64,000 bases of DNA from an uncultured Gammaproteobacteria bacterium (GTDB lineage Bacteria > Patescibacteriota > Microgenomatia > Levybacterales > UBA12049). Numbering within the stretch: position 1 is the stretch's first letter; every line of letters starts with the position of its first letter. Below the pieces are notes generated by a model. The model ran no database searches, was not told the DNA's origin, and saw only the letters and a program-made list of their open reading frames with translations. A program made the position numbers and the translations under genes. Below, one piece after another: positions 29,118 through 39,074 of this stretch. The DNA lies in contig CAYYSJ010000001.1 in assembly GCA_964474445.1 (NCBI GenBank), positions 345,377 to 409,376 on the forward strand. Direction: 5' to 3'.

Positions 29118-30116
29118 CTAAAGACGTGAAGGATCTTTCCCAAGACCTAGTAGTATTCGCGCTAACTCATACTGGATAGCACATGCCGAAATAAAGGATA
29201 TTACTGGATGAAAAAACCACATAGGCTCTCCATCTTCTACAAAACCATATATGCTTCTGATGATGGGAAAAATAATACTCCATGCATAGAAAGGAAATAT
29301 AAAAAATTTAAACCATTGAAAGAGAGTAAAATATTTTACTCGTTTTACAATCCCTATACGTTTATCTTTAATTGCCATCATAGTAAACCAACGTTGTTTA
29401 CGAAAGTAATGTTCAGTGCTTCTAATTGTATGATGATATAGTGACAATGAGTAAATATAAGCAATTTTATAATTTAGATAAATATCTCTAACTGGAGTAA
29501 TATCATCATACATATTTTTTCGTATTTTACAAAATTCTTTTCTTACAGTAAAACCTTGAGCCAAACCCAATATGGGAACAGTCTTTGAAGAAGCATAATC
29601 ATATATTTCAAATGAGTTATTCGTATTTGTCGTCTTGTATATCTTTTTAAACGTTCTTGCATTGGCAGCATGCCCATAGATAAAATGATTTATCGGATCT
29701 GTAAAGGTATTAATATATTTAGTAAATAGTGTGTCTGAAGGAAGGCTGTCATGTTTGGGAAATGCAGCAAACACATCTTGCTTTGAAAATGTCTTAACAA
29801 TTTTTAAAAAAGCATTTTTATCATGAAAAATATTATCTGATGCTAAAATCATTAGTAAATCACCCTTACTTTTTTTCATACCTAAATATATTCCAGGTTC
29901 TGCAAATACATACTTGTTATGTACAATCGTTAACTTATTTTTTTTCGCAATTTCCAATGTCTTATCTGTAGATCCTCCATCAGCAATAACCATTTCAATC
30001 CTTGACGATGGATAATTTTGTCTTCTCACAGATTGTATTAAACTAGGTAAATCGTTTGCTGAATTAAGTGTAGGGGTAATAATAGATATAAGTGGAAATG
30101 TGTGTTTTTTTTGCAT
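29118..30116 (-). CDS. GT2 glycosyltransferase
   Basis: ISIITPTLNS, ADGGSTDKT, LASDN, C-terminal hydrophobic helices. Confidence 0.85.
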   Translation of the reverse strand: MQKKHTFPLISIITPTLNSANDLPSLIQSVRRQNYPSSRIEMVIADGGSTDKTLEIAKKNKLTIVHNKYVFAEPGIYLGMKKSKGDLLMILASDNIFHDKNAFLKIVKTFSKQDVFAAFPKHDSLPSDTLFTKYINTFTDPINHFIYGHAANARTFKKIYKTTNTNNSFEIYDYASSKTVPILGLAQGFTVRKEFCKIRKNMYDDITPVRDIYLNYKIAYIYSLSLYHHTIRSTEHYFRKQRWFTMMAIKDKRIGIVKRVKYFTLFQWFKFFIFPFYAWSIIFPIIRSIYGFVEDGEPMWFFHPVISFISACAIQYELARILLGLGKDPSRL

Positions 30117-30160
30117 TGCTATACAGTATTATGATTTACTCTAAATTTACTCTGCGTCCA

Positions 30161-31261
30161 TTATGACATATAAACATTTTTTATTAAAAATAAACTTTTC
30201 TTTGCTGCACTATCCCATGTTAATGTTCTTGCCCAATTTTGAGCATTTTTACTAATTGAGCCTAGTAATTTATTTTTTGATATAACTTTAACTACTGTAT
30301 CAACAAACTCATCTTCGTTTTTACACAGAAACCCGGTCTTATTTTCTATAACCGCATCTGATAATCCTGGAACTTTAAAAGCAACAGCAGGAGTACCATA
30401 GTGATTTGCTTCAATAACTGATATTCCCCACCCCTCATGCAACGAAGGGTTTACCATTAGCCATGACCTTTGTAACAGTGTCTTTTTTTCGTTTTCTGAC
30501 ACAGGGCCAAGAAGAAGAATATTCTTCCTATAGCCATTTTTCATAACAATATCACTTATTTGTGGAGCTTCAGTACCCCATCCTGCAATAATAAGCCTTA
30601 CTTTAGGAACTTTTTGAAGGACCTTTGGGAAAATTTCCATTAATAAATCCAACCGCTTATATCTCTTGATTCGACCAAGGTATATCAGAGTTGGACGTTT
30701 ATATTTCTCTTTTTTCATATATGGCTTGTAGCTTACTCCAGGATTAACAATATGGATATGCGAATGGATAAAGCCTAACTTCATTAGTTCTGACTTAGTA
30801 CTTTTTGATATTGATATGACCGGAACATTTCTGTAAAGGAAAGAGAAAATGTACCTTTCTATAACATATCCAATAACATTTAGCGGAAAACCAAATTCAT
30901 AAAAGAATTGTTTTCCGTGGACATGATACACAAGAACAACTTTTTTCTTTATGCTAAAAAGAGGTGTAAAGAAGGGAATACCATTCTCAACATCAACAAT
31001 AAAGTCAGTGTGTTTTCTTAATTTGGTCAAATAGGTAAGAAAGGCCCAGAAATAAACGGTGAACCTATTACCCTTTCTATAGATAGTTATTCCATCTATT
31101 GTTTCTTGTTTGGGTAATTTTCTTGTTGGATCTTGAGAAGTAACTATTGATACGTTATTCCCTTTTTCTTTCCACCTTTTTGCCAATTCATGAATATACA
31201 ATTCTCCTCCTCCTGCCCAACTATTTTTCATATCTCTCCAATTGAAAATAAGTATGTTCAT
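30161..31261 (-). CDS. GT4 glycosyltransferase (NWRD subgroup)
   Basis: MNILIFNWRD..AGGGE, LGRIKRYK, PSLHEGWGISVIEA; start at ATG 31261. Confidence 0.9.
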   Translation of the reverse strand: MNILIFNWRDMKNSWAGGGELYIHELAKRWKEKGNNVSIVTSQDPTRKLPKQETIDGITIYRKGNRFTVYFWAFLTYLTKLRKHTDFIVDVENGIPFFTPLFSIKKKVVLVYHVHGKQFFYEFGFPLNVIGYVIERYIFSFLYRNVPVISISKSTKSELMKLGFIHSHIHIVNPGVSYKPYMKKEKYKRPTLIYLGRIKRYKRLDLLMEIFPKVLQKVPKVRLIIAGWGTEAPQISDIVMKNGYRKNILLLGPVSENEKKTLLQRSWLMVNPSLHEGWGISVIEANHYGTPAVAFKVPGLSDAVIENKTGFLCKNEDEFVDTVVKVISKNKLLGSISKNAQNWARTLTWDSAAKKSLFLIKNVYMS

Positions 31262-31268
31262 ATTGAAG

Positions 31269-32147
31269 TTATTTTTTTGTCTTTGAGAGGACAACCAGTT
31301 TCCAAGCACTGACAGAGGTATTTTTAAATACGTCCAACTCAAATAAAGATAAATTCCTTATAATATTAATAAAGAACATCCACATATGTCGCCATGACAT
31401 AATTACATCAAATTTTCTCTTTTTTTGAGACATTGCTTTAATAACACCTCTATCAGAATATTTCACTGCCTTTTTCCCTAAAAATAAATCCATTAATTCT
31501 AAAGGTACAAAATATGTCAAAACACTAATGAGTTGATAGAGAAAGTGCTCACTATACATAGTTTTTTGTATTTTAAACCCTTTCTCTTTTAAAAGATTCT
31601 TTACATATAAGTGAGTAAATTCTGGGTGAATATGTCCATATCTTTTAAAAGTCATGTTTTGACCTATTCCTAACTTTTGCCACAGCCATGTGTGAGTTAG
31701 TACTTGCCCTTCACAAGGTACTATGAGGAAAAACTCTCCTCCCTTTTTAAGAATCCTTTTTACTTCTTTCAGAAAAAAATCAACATCAGGGATATGTTCC
31801 ATTACATCCAAACAAATACAAACATCAAAAGTGTTATCTTTATATGGAAGTTTTTTTCCACGTATAACTCCATAGGTAACCTTTCCACTACCAAATTTTC
31901 TTGCATAGTCTATTGCCTTCTTGCTAACATCACAACCATAAACTTTTGCTTGAGGATAATAGTATGGTAAACTTTCTGTTGTAATACCTCCACCACATCC
32001 AATATCAAGTAATTTTCCTTTTACCGTTTTTAGAGATTCTGTAAGTCGTTTTAATCTGTAATCATCCTTGAAGGTGCGATAGTAGGTTTTTTGTTTACCT
32101 TCCATAACACCCATGAATACATCTTCATAATTAAATTCGTTTTCCAT
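31269..32147 (-). CDS. Class I SAM-dependent methyltransferase
   Basis: LLDIGCGGG, GCDVS, LPYKDNTFD, DVMEHI..RILKKGG. Confidence 0.9.
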   Translation of the reverse strand: MENEFNYEDVFMGVMEGKQKTYYRTFKDDYRLKRLTESLKTVKGKLLDIGCGGGITTESLPYYYPQAKVYGCDVSKKAIDYARKFGSGKVTYGVIRGKKLPYKDNTFDVCICLDVMEHIPDVDFFLKEVKRILKKGGEFFLIVPCEGQVLTHTWLWQKLGIGQNMTFKRYGHIHPEFTHLYVKNLLKEKGFKIQKTMYSEHFLYQLISVLTYFVPLELMDLFLGKKAVKYSDRGVIKAMSQKKRKFDVIMSWRHMWMFFINIIRNLSLFELDVFKNTSVSAWKLVVLSKTKK

Positions 32148-32157
32148 ACTTTAAGAA

Positions 32158-33018
32158 TTATACTATTATAGAACGCAAAATGTCAGTAAGCTCCCCAACA
32201 GAAACAAGAGGAACGTCTCCCACATAGTTTTCATGAGATTTCTCTCCTTCTCTTTTACCTTGAATTTTTAATTTGATTTTTTGCTCTGGAAAAAGACTGA
32301 TAAATGCTTTTGCCAAATCTCCAAGCTTAAACTTCTTCGTATAAGAAAAAGGGTAAAACATTTCGTCTGCATTTATCCTCGTTTTTAGACTGGTAGATAC
32401 AATAAATCGAGCTGCATCGGGCAAAGTCACGAAAAAGCGTGTCATCTCAGGATCTGTAACTGTAATTTCGTTTCTGGTTTTTACCTGATGTTTCCATACA
32501 TCAATAACACTTCCTCTTGATCCTAAAAAGTTAGGACAGCGAACGTTAATGAACAAACCAGTACTAAACTTATTCGTTTCTTCAACTAAATATTCAGCAA
32601 ATAATTTACTCGCTCCATAGCAATTCACAACACCTATTGCTTTATCAGATGAAAGGTTAATAAAACGTTTGACGTTTTCCGCATGATCGAGTAAGTTCAA
32701 TACTCCTAAAATATTTGATTTTAGCACTTCTCGGGGATGCCTCTCTGCAAAAATAACATCCTTCATTGCTGCAGTATGATAAATAAAGTCTGCATTTTTA
32801 AACATTCTTTTAATCGTTACAGAATCGTTAATGTCTCCTACTTGAAAGGTAACCTTTGAGGAATGGATAAATTCTTTTGCTTCTTTTATGAGTCCTTCAT
32901 CACGACTAAGTGAGGTTATATCTGTAGCACCACTTTTTAAAAGTTCTTTTATAATATGTCTTCCAAGACTGCCGCTACCACCTGTAACGATTATTTTCTT
33001 ATTTTTTAGAGAGATCAT
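32158..33018 (-). CDS. UDP-sugar 4,6-dehydratase (PseB/FnlA/CapD family), short form
   Basis: TGGSGSLG, SRDE, HTAAMK, SSDKA, YGASK, GSRGSV, TDPEMTRF, REGEKSHE. Confidence 0.85.
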   Translation of the reverse strand: MISLKNKKIIVTGGSGSLGRHIIKELLKSGATDITSLSRDEGLIKEAKEFIHSSKVTFQVGDINDSVTIKRMFKNADFIYHTAAMKDVIFAERHPREVLKSNILGVLNLLDHAENVKRFINLSSDKAIGVVNCYGASKLFAEYLVEETNKFSTGLFINVRCPNFLGSRGSVIDVWKHQVKTRNEITVTDPEMTRFFVTLPDAARFIVSTSLKTRINADEMFYPFSYTKKFKLGDLAKAFISLFPEQKIKLKIQGKREGEKSHENYVGDVPLVSVGELTDILRSIIV

Positions 33019-33838
33019 TGTTTTTATAGGTTAGAATTCCTTTTGTAAATCCTACCATACCCCCTGTATATTTTACAACTAGCATTATCATAAACCCCAT
33101 GGCTAAAGATGGATTTTTTAGGAATTTCTTCCAATGTCCAAAATATGATGTTCTTATAGGATTTACCTGTTGAAATCCTCTCTTAGTAGAATTATGTTTT
33201 AAGAAAGAAACCATTTCCTGACCATAGAAGATACTTTTTCTAAATAACTCTGTTATCGTTTTTGGCTCCCCTAAATGATATTCTCTGGATCGAATTCTTC
33301 CCCATTTAAAACCAGCATTAATAAATCTATTATGTAAATCATAGTCATCCCAAACAACTTCTTCATTGTATCCTCCGATTTTTTTCCATGCAGATTTTTT
33401 GTAAAAACGCAGCCCTACAATAAGATCATCGTTCACATACATATCTCTTTCAAACTGTCTGACTTTTGCCCAAAAACTTATGCTTGGTACGGAAACATTA
33501 TGAACAGCAACACCATCCAAGTGCTCTTTTTCACATTTTTCTACTGCTTCCTTAACAATATCTTTATCAAGAACAAAATCTCCATCAATTCTATAACAGT
33601 ATTTCCCTTTCGCTTTACGTATACCATAATTTGTTTGCGCACCTCTTTCGTTACCTTTGAAATAAATATTCTTAGTATACTTTTTCGCTATTTTCACTGT
33701 ATTGTCAGTTGAGTAATTATCTACAAGAATAACTTCTAAATGTTTATACGTCTGAGCTTTCACACTTGTTAAGGTCTTTTCCAAAAATTCAGCAGCATTT
33801 TTTGTGGGTATAATTATTGAAACAAGCGGGTTTTTCAT
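32999..33838 (-). CDS. GT2 glycosyltransferase
   Basis: VSIIIPTKN, VDNYSTDNT, GNERGAQTN, IDGD, GGYNE..DDYD; start ATG 33838. Confidence 0.88.
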   Translation of the reverse strand: MKNPLVSIIIPTKNAAEFLEKTLTSVKAQTYKHLEVILVDNYSTDNTVKIAKKYTKNIYFKGNERGAQTNYGIRKAKGKYCYRIDGDFVLDKDIVKEAVEKCEKEHLDGVAVHNVSVPSISFWAKVRQFERDMYVNDDLIVGLRFYKKSAWKKIGGYNEEVVWDDYDLHNRFINAGFKWGRIRSREYHLGEPKTITELFRKSIFYGQEMVSFLKHNSTKRGFQQVNPIRTSYFGHWKKFLKNPSLAMGFMIMLVVKYTGGMVGFTKGILTYKNNDLSKK

Positions 33839-33872
33839 ATGAGAAATATTATATATAGTAAAAGGTCTATTT

Positions 33873-34979
33873 TCAAATACCATTTAAAGCTTTGCTTAGT
33901 ATTGATAAACTTTCTTTAATATTTGTACTCCAAGAAAAAGATTTTGCCCATGCAAAACAATTTTTTTGAAATATTTTGTACCTTTTTGTATCATTAACGA
34001 GATTCAATGCGGCTTGAGCCATGTCTTTAGGTGAATTTTCTGCTAAAATTATCCCTGTTTTATTGTTGATAACACTATCTCGTAATCCTGCAACATTATA
34101 TACAATAGCTGGAGTACCCTGACTTGCTGCTTCAATAACAACCAACCCCCACCCTTCCTTTACTGATGCATGTAAGAGTATGTGAGATTTTGCCATGAGT
34201 GAAAGTTTTTCTTTTTGACTAATAAATCCTTTAAAAGTAACGTTGCTTGCAACACCGAGATCTTGTGCGAGCCTTCGCAGGTAAGCAACATAGCGTTTTT
34301 CACCTGATCCTACAATAATAAGCTGCGAATTCGGATCTTGTTGATAGATAGATGAGTAGGATCTTAATATATCTTCTATTCCCTTCATTTTAACAAGTCT
34401 GCTCACAAAAAGAAACGTATGATTGTCATTCTTTTTGAGAGGTAAGGGGGCAGATTGATTAGATAATCCATTATGCAAAATATGAATACGTTTTTCGTTT
34501 ACCCCCATCTTTATAAGGTCGTCTTTTGTAGATTTGGAAACGGTAATAAATGATATGTTTGCATAAGGAAAGAAAAAAAATCTTTCAAGAATTTTTCCTA
34601 TCATTGATATTGGGAATGCGTACATTGAATCCCAAATCTCCCCAGCAATTTCATGGATAAATCCAATAATAGGTTTTTTGACATATAAAGGAGTCAAAAA
34701 AGGAAGTCCATGAATCTCATCAACAACAATATCAAAATGATTTCCAGAGAAAAAATAAAAAAGAGGAAAGAGGAAAAAAGATGTTAATACTGTACCCAAT
34801 CTCTGAATTACTATGCCATCAAGAATCTCTTGTCGCGGTGCACCTTGAAATGCTGTTGCAAGCCAAACTACTTTATGTCCTGCTTTTCTCCATCCTCTTG
34901 CATATTCTAGTGTAACAATTTCTGCTCCCCCTGATTTAGGATTTTTTGGATCTCTCCAATTGAGTATCAAAATATTCAT
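33873..34979 (-). CDS. GT4 glycosyltransferase (NWRD subgroup)
   Basis: MNILILNWRD..SGGAE, VSRLVKMKG, SVKEGWGLVVIEA. Confidence 0.9.
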   Translation of the reverse strand: MNILILNWRDPKNPKSGGAEIVTLEYARGWRKAGHKVVWLATAFQGAPRQEILDGIVIQRLGTVLTSFFLFPLFYFFSGNHFDIVVDEIHGLPFLTPLYVKKPIIGFIHEIAGEIWDSMYAFPISMIGKILERFFFFPYANISFITVSKSTKDDLIKMGVNEKRIHILHNGLSNQSAPLPLKKNDNHTFLFVSRLVKMKGIEDILRSYSSIYQQDPNSQLIIVGSGEKRYVAYLRRLAQDLGVASNVTFKGFISQKEKLSLMAKSHILLHASVKEGWGLVVIEAASQGTPAIVYNVAGLRDSVINNKTGIILAENSPKDMAQAALNLVNDTKRYKIFQKNCFAWAKSFSWSTNIKESLSILSKALNGI

Positions 34980-34984
34980 GACAA

Positions 34985-35791
34985 TTAGGAAACATTAATA
35001 CGAAAATTGAGTTCTGGATCATATCTCCATTTCCGTTTACTACCTTTTGCATAGTACTTAACTATTTTTAAACGATAGAAAACAGCAAATGTGTCCCACA
35101 ACATCGAGAGCACTGTTTTCCAGAAATTTTTTGATGTAATTGATGACCAATTATTAAATGTAAGCTCTATTGGGGCCTCATAAATGCGCAGATATCCTAA
35201 TGAATAAGCTACTGCAAGCATTTCTATGTCAAAGGCGTATTTTTTAACTAATAACCGTGGCAATACTTTTTCTAAAACGTTTCTTTTAAATAACTTAAGA
35301 CCAACTTGTGTATCACTAATAGAAAGTCCAAAAAGTGTATGAATTATACTTCTATATCCCCAAGAAAGTATCTTCCTTTGCCAGGGATACACAACTTTTG
35401 AATGAGGGTGTAGTTTAGAACCAATAATGATGTCTGCTTTTTTTTGTTTCATATCTTCGAGAAGCGTTCTTATTCCTTCTGGATTTAAATCCATACCTGC
35501 ATCAATAAATGCGATAAGATTCCCTTTTGCTCTTGCCATACCAAACCGTACGGCATATCCTTTACCATGATTATGAGAATATCCAACAGTCTTTACCTTT
35601 GCAATTTGTGCTGAATCCAGAATCTCTCTCGTTTTTTCTAGTTCCCCATCCACCACAACAATAATCTCAAAGGGATATCTCACATTATCCATTATTTTTT
35701 TAACTGATTGAATATCTCGAACGATAGTTGCTTCTTGTCGATAAGCTGGCACAATGAGAGAAATAAAGTTAGAAGGTTTCTTTTTGACCAT
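34985..35791 (-). CDS. GT2, dolichyl-phosphate glucose synthase-like
   Basis: NHGKGYAVRFG, FIDAGMD, IIIGSK, DTQVGLKLF, AFDIEML. Confidence 0.85.
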   Translation of the reverse strand: MVKKKPSNFISLIVPAYRQEATIVRDIQSVKKIMDNVRYPFEIIVVVDGELEKTREILDSAQIAKVKTVGYSHNHGKGYAVRFGMARAKGNLIAFIDAGMDLNPEGIRTLLEDMKQKKADIIIGSKLHPHSKVVYPWQRKILSWGYRSIIHTLFGLSISDTQVGLKLFKRNVLEKVLPRLLVKKYAFDIEMLAVAYSLGYLRIYEAPIELTFNNWSSITSKNFWKTVLSMLWDTFAVFYRLKIVKYYAKGSKRKWRYDPELNFRINVS

Positions 35792-37052
35792 AGTGTTTGC
35801 TGTAATATAACAAAAGTAAAATTAAGAGTACAAGAGTTACCATTGTTGAAATGCTAATAACTTGAAAAAAGGTTGCGTGAAATAAGCTTATTAGCACACC
35901 TTGTAAAAAGGCACCTAGTACAACAAGATAGACAACTTCTGTTTTCTTTAAAGATAGGAAAAAGTTGACTAAAACATTTAGCAGACTAAATAGTGTTAAA
36001 AATACACCAAAATAACCTAAAAATCCCGCTACACTTTGATACTGTTTGCCTCCTAAAAAGATCATGACAACAAGATGAGGGAAAAGAAAGTATATGAGAG
36101 TCAATATCAAGGAAGGCAATGATACTAAACATAATGCAGCAAAAAAAAGGTTATGATAATTTTTCCCTTCTTCAAATCGTTTTATGACAAGAGGAAACAT
36201 AACAGTTGTTATGGGAGCAGTAAAATAAAAAATAATTTTCCCAACAAGAGACATCCCTGAATACAGTCCAGCGTCATGAGCACTAAAGAAATGTTTCACA
36301 AGCAATATATCTGTGGAGGTAAAAGATGAAAGAGCAAAAAGAGAAAGCGCAGTGGGAAGCCCATATGTAAAAACATTCTTAAACTCAAATAGAATAGCTG
36401 TTTGCTTCTTAAATCTTAAAATATCTTTAAGAGGGATATAAGTAAAAAGTATTGGAAGAAAAGATGCAATAAAAATTGCTCCTAATGCTCCATTTATTTG
36501 CCAACCAAGCAAAACAAAGAGAACTCCAAACACAACTTTCAGCACCCCTGTTAGCATATAGTAGCAAGCTAGGTAGTCAAATCTCATTAATGCTTGGAGA
36601 AAGGCAACATTTGGGATTCCAAAATACATTACCATTGCAGAAAAGCCTGCAATAATAACGGGAAGGGTAGTTTCAATATGGAAAAATCCTTTAATAGAGG
36701 GCTGAAACATAATAAATAAAAACAAAATAATTATTGAAGTAATCGTAAAGAAACGGAATGTCTGAAAATAAAACTCATGCACCCGGCTTAAATCTTTTTT
36801 TGTAAAATATCGTGAAACAAATTGCACAATTATTTGTGTAAATGATTGGCCTGGTATACTAATGAGTGTTATTAAAGAGAGCAGAACAGTATATTCTCCG
36901 TAGTTTGCATATGACAATTTTCTTACTAAAAAAAGATTAAAAATAAAAGCAAAAATATTTGCAAAAGTAGATCCTAAAAAAATAAAAGTACTACCAGCAA
37001 CTAACTCATGTGTCATAACTCTTTTCCCTAGTGCAAAAGCCTTGTCTTTCAT
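35769..37052 (-). CDS. wzx: Wzx-type oligosaccharide flippase
   Basis: About 12 TMs, R-x-L-x-x-x-x-YG, TDILLVKHF..AGLYS, VMFP. Confidence 0.85.
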   Translation of the reverse strand: MKDKAFALGKRVMTHELVAGSTFIFLGSTFANIFAFIFNLFLVRKLSYANYGEYTVLLSLITLISIPGQSFTQIIVQFVSRYFTKKDLSRVHEFYFQTFRFFTITSIIILFLFIMFQPSIKGFFHIETTLPVIIAGFSAMVMYFGIPNVAFLQALMRFDYLACYYMLTGVLKVVFGVLFVLLGWQINGALGAIFIASFLPILFTYIPLKDILRFKKQTAILFEFKNVFTYGLPTALSLFALSSFTSTDILLVKHFFSAHDAGLYSGMSLVGKIIFYFTAPITTVMFPLVIKRFEEGKNYHNLFFAALCLVSLPSLILTLIYFLFPHLVVMIFLGGKQYQSVAGFLGYFGVFLTLFSLLNVLVNFFLSLKKTEVVYLVVLGAFLQGVLISLFHATFFQVISISTMVTLVLLILLLLYYSKHYGQKETF

Positions 37053-38098
37053 ATATTTGAAACTTTCTTATATACCTCAACTGTCTCCTCTGCCGTTTTT
37101 TTCCAGGAAAATTTTTTCGCCTGCAAAAGACCCTTTGCTTTCATTTTCTTTGTAAGCTGTGCATCTCCCATGACTTTTTGTATTCCTTGTTCTATAGACT
37201 CGACTGAATATGCATCAATAAAATAAGCAGAATCTCCAGCTACTTCAGAAAGTGAGCCTTCTTTACTTGTAATAACAGGACACCCACATGCCATTGCTTC
37301 AAGTACTGGTAGTCCGAATCCTTCATAAAGGCTTGGCATCACAAAAGCACTTGCAAGATTATATATTCCAACCAAATCTTCATCATCGACAAATCCTAAT
37401 CGAATACATTGTTCTTTATCTTTTACCATATCCAATACTTCTTTTAAATCGCTATTCCATGGATTTTCGAAATCTGCAGTTTCATTAACAAGCGCTTTCC
37501 CAACCATCACTAAAGGGATTTTTGTTCGAAGAACCGCCTTGACTAACCGAGGGACATTTTTATTGGGAGTAATATCACCAACATATAAAAGAAATTTTTC
37601 AGGTAAATGAAACTTTTCTTTTACTTTTTGTAGAGTTTGTTTATCGCTAATAACACGAAAATGTTCAGCAGCTGCCAAGTAAGCAACATGTATTTTTTCT
37701 TTTGGATAGTTAAGGAGATTTGCAATATCTTTTTGAGAAGAAAAGGAGTCAGTAATAATTGCATCCACTTTTTTTAACGCTCTTTTTTGTAACCACCACT
37801 TTATTTCCCCTTTTATTCCAACAGGAAAGCTTTCCGGAAAAAGCAGTGGAGTCATGTCGTGGACAGTAACAATTGTTTTTTTCCCTTTCAACACTGGTAA
37901 TGTTAAAAAAAATGGCTCAAAATATGGATAATGAACTATTTTCACCTCTTTGGGTATATTTTTTGTTTGAGTAAAAAAAGTGAATGAAATATATGGAAAA
38001 TATTCCTCTAGTGAGCTTTTCAGATTTTTTAAATAGAAGCCGACACCTCGTACTTTGTGTCCAGAAGAAAGGGGTGAAATATCAATTGCAACATTCAT
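37049..38098 (-). CDS. GT4 glycosyltransferase
   Basis: RGVGFY, VTVHD, YVGD..NKN, PSLYEGFGLPVLEAMACG. Confidence 0.92.
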   Translation of the reverse strand: MNVAIDISPLSSGHKVRGVGFYLKNLKSSLEEYFPYISFTFFTQTKNIPKEVKIVHYPYFEPFFLTLPVLKGKKTIVTVHDMTPLLFPESFPVGIKGEIKWWLQKRALKKVDAIITDSFSSQKDIANLLNYPKEKIHVAYLAAAEHFRVISDKQTLQKVKEKFHLPEKFLLYVGDITPNKNVPRLVKAVLRTKIPLVMVGKALVNETADFENPWNSDLKEVLDMVKDKEQCIRLGFVDDEDLVGIYNLASAFVMPSLYEGFGLPVLEAMACGCPVITSKEGSLSEVAGDSAYFIDAYSVESIEQGIQKVMGDAQLTKKMKAKGLLQAKKFSWKKTAEETVEVYKKVSNI

Positions 38099-38107
38099 GA
38101 GTAGATT

Positions 38108-39070
38108 TTATTTCTTTTGCTTCTGCCATTCCCACGCAGTTTTTACTATTGTTTCCAAATCTGAATATTTTGGAGAGAACCCTAATACTTCCTGAGACCT
38201 TTTGTTATCAGCAAGCAAAACTGACGGATCGCCAGGACGGCGGGGTTGTATTGTTACAGGGAAATCACTACCTGTTACTTTCTTGACCATATCAATAACT
38301 TCTTTGTTTGAATACCCTTTTCCAACCCCCAAATTAAATGCATTACTCTTTTTTTCTCTTTCCAAATAGTTAAGAGCCAGAATATGAGCCTGCGCTAAAT
38401 CTTCTACGTGGATATAATCTCTCACACAGCTTCCATCTGGAGTATCATAATCATCACCAAAAAGAGAAAAGCTTTCACCCTTCAATGCCTTTTGTATAGC
38501 AACAGGGATAATATGCGTTTCAGGATTATGATTTTCCCCTAATGTTCCATCTAATGCCGCACCTGCTGCATTAAAATAGCGAAGGGCAACTGACTTTATG
38601 TCAAAGATTCTGTCATACCAAGACAAAACCTTTTCAAACAGTAACTTTGATTCTCCATACACACTTGTTGGATTTTTGGGGGCATCTTCTTCAATAGGCG
38701 TGTGTTCTGGAGTTCCGAAAATAGCAGCAGTTGAAGAAAAAACAATAAAGGGGATATGCTTTTCTCTCATATATTCCAGAAGATTAACTCCCCCTTGGAT
38801 ATTATTTTCAAAGTATTTTGCAGGCTCCGTCATTGACTCTGCAACTTGTAAATATGCAGCAAAATGGATAACCGCATCAAAAGGATACTCATCAAGCTGA
38901 TGAAGACTTTCTTTATCAAGTAAATTTCCAGTAACCAGTGGTGCTGAGACTGCTTCTTTATGTCCGTATTCAAGACTATCAAATACCACAACCTCATGCC
39001 CTGCATTTTGCAAAGCACGCACTGTAACGCTGCCAATAAAACCTGCTCCCCCAGTTACTAAAATTTTCAT
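38108..39070 (-). CDS. galE: UDP-glucose 4-epimerase
   Basis: TGGAGFIGS, HFAA..VAESM, SSTAA, YGESK, LRYFNAAGA, PETHIIP, DYDTPDGSCVRDYIHV. Confidence 0.93.
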   Translation of the reverse strand: MKILVTGGAGFIGSVTVRALQNAGHEVVVFDSLEYGHKEAVSAPLVTGNLLDKESLHQLDEYPFDAVIHFAAYLQVAESMTEPAKYFENNIQGGVNLLEYMREKHIPFIVFSSTAAIFGTPEHTPIEEDAPKNPTSVYGESKLLFEKVLSWYDRIFDIKSVALRYFNAAGAALDGTLGENHNPETHIIPVAIQKALKGESFSLFGDDYDTPDGSCVRDYIHVEDLAQAHILALNYLEREKKSNAFNLGVGKGYSNKEVIDMVKKVTGSDFPVTIQPRRPGDPSVLLADNKRSQEVLGFSPKYSDLETIVKTAWEWQKQKK

Positions 39071-39074
39071 AGCA

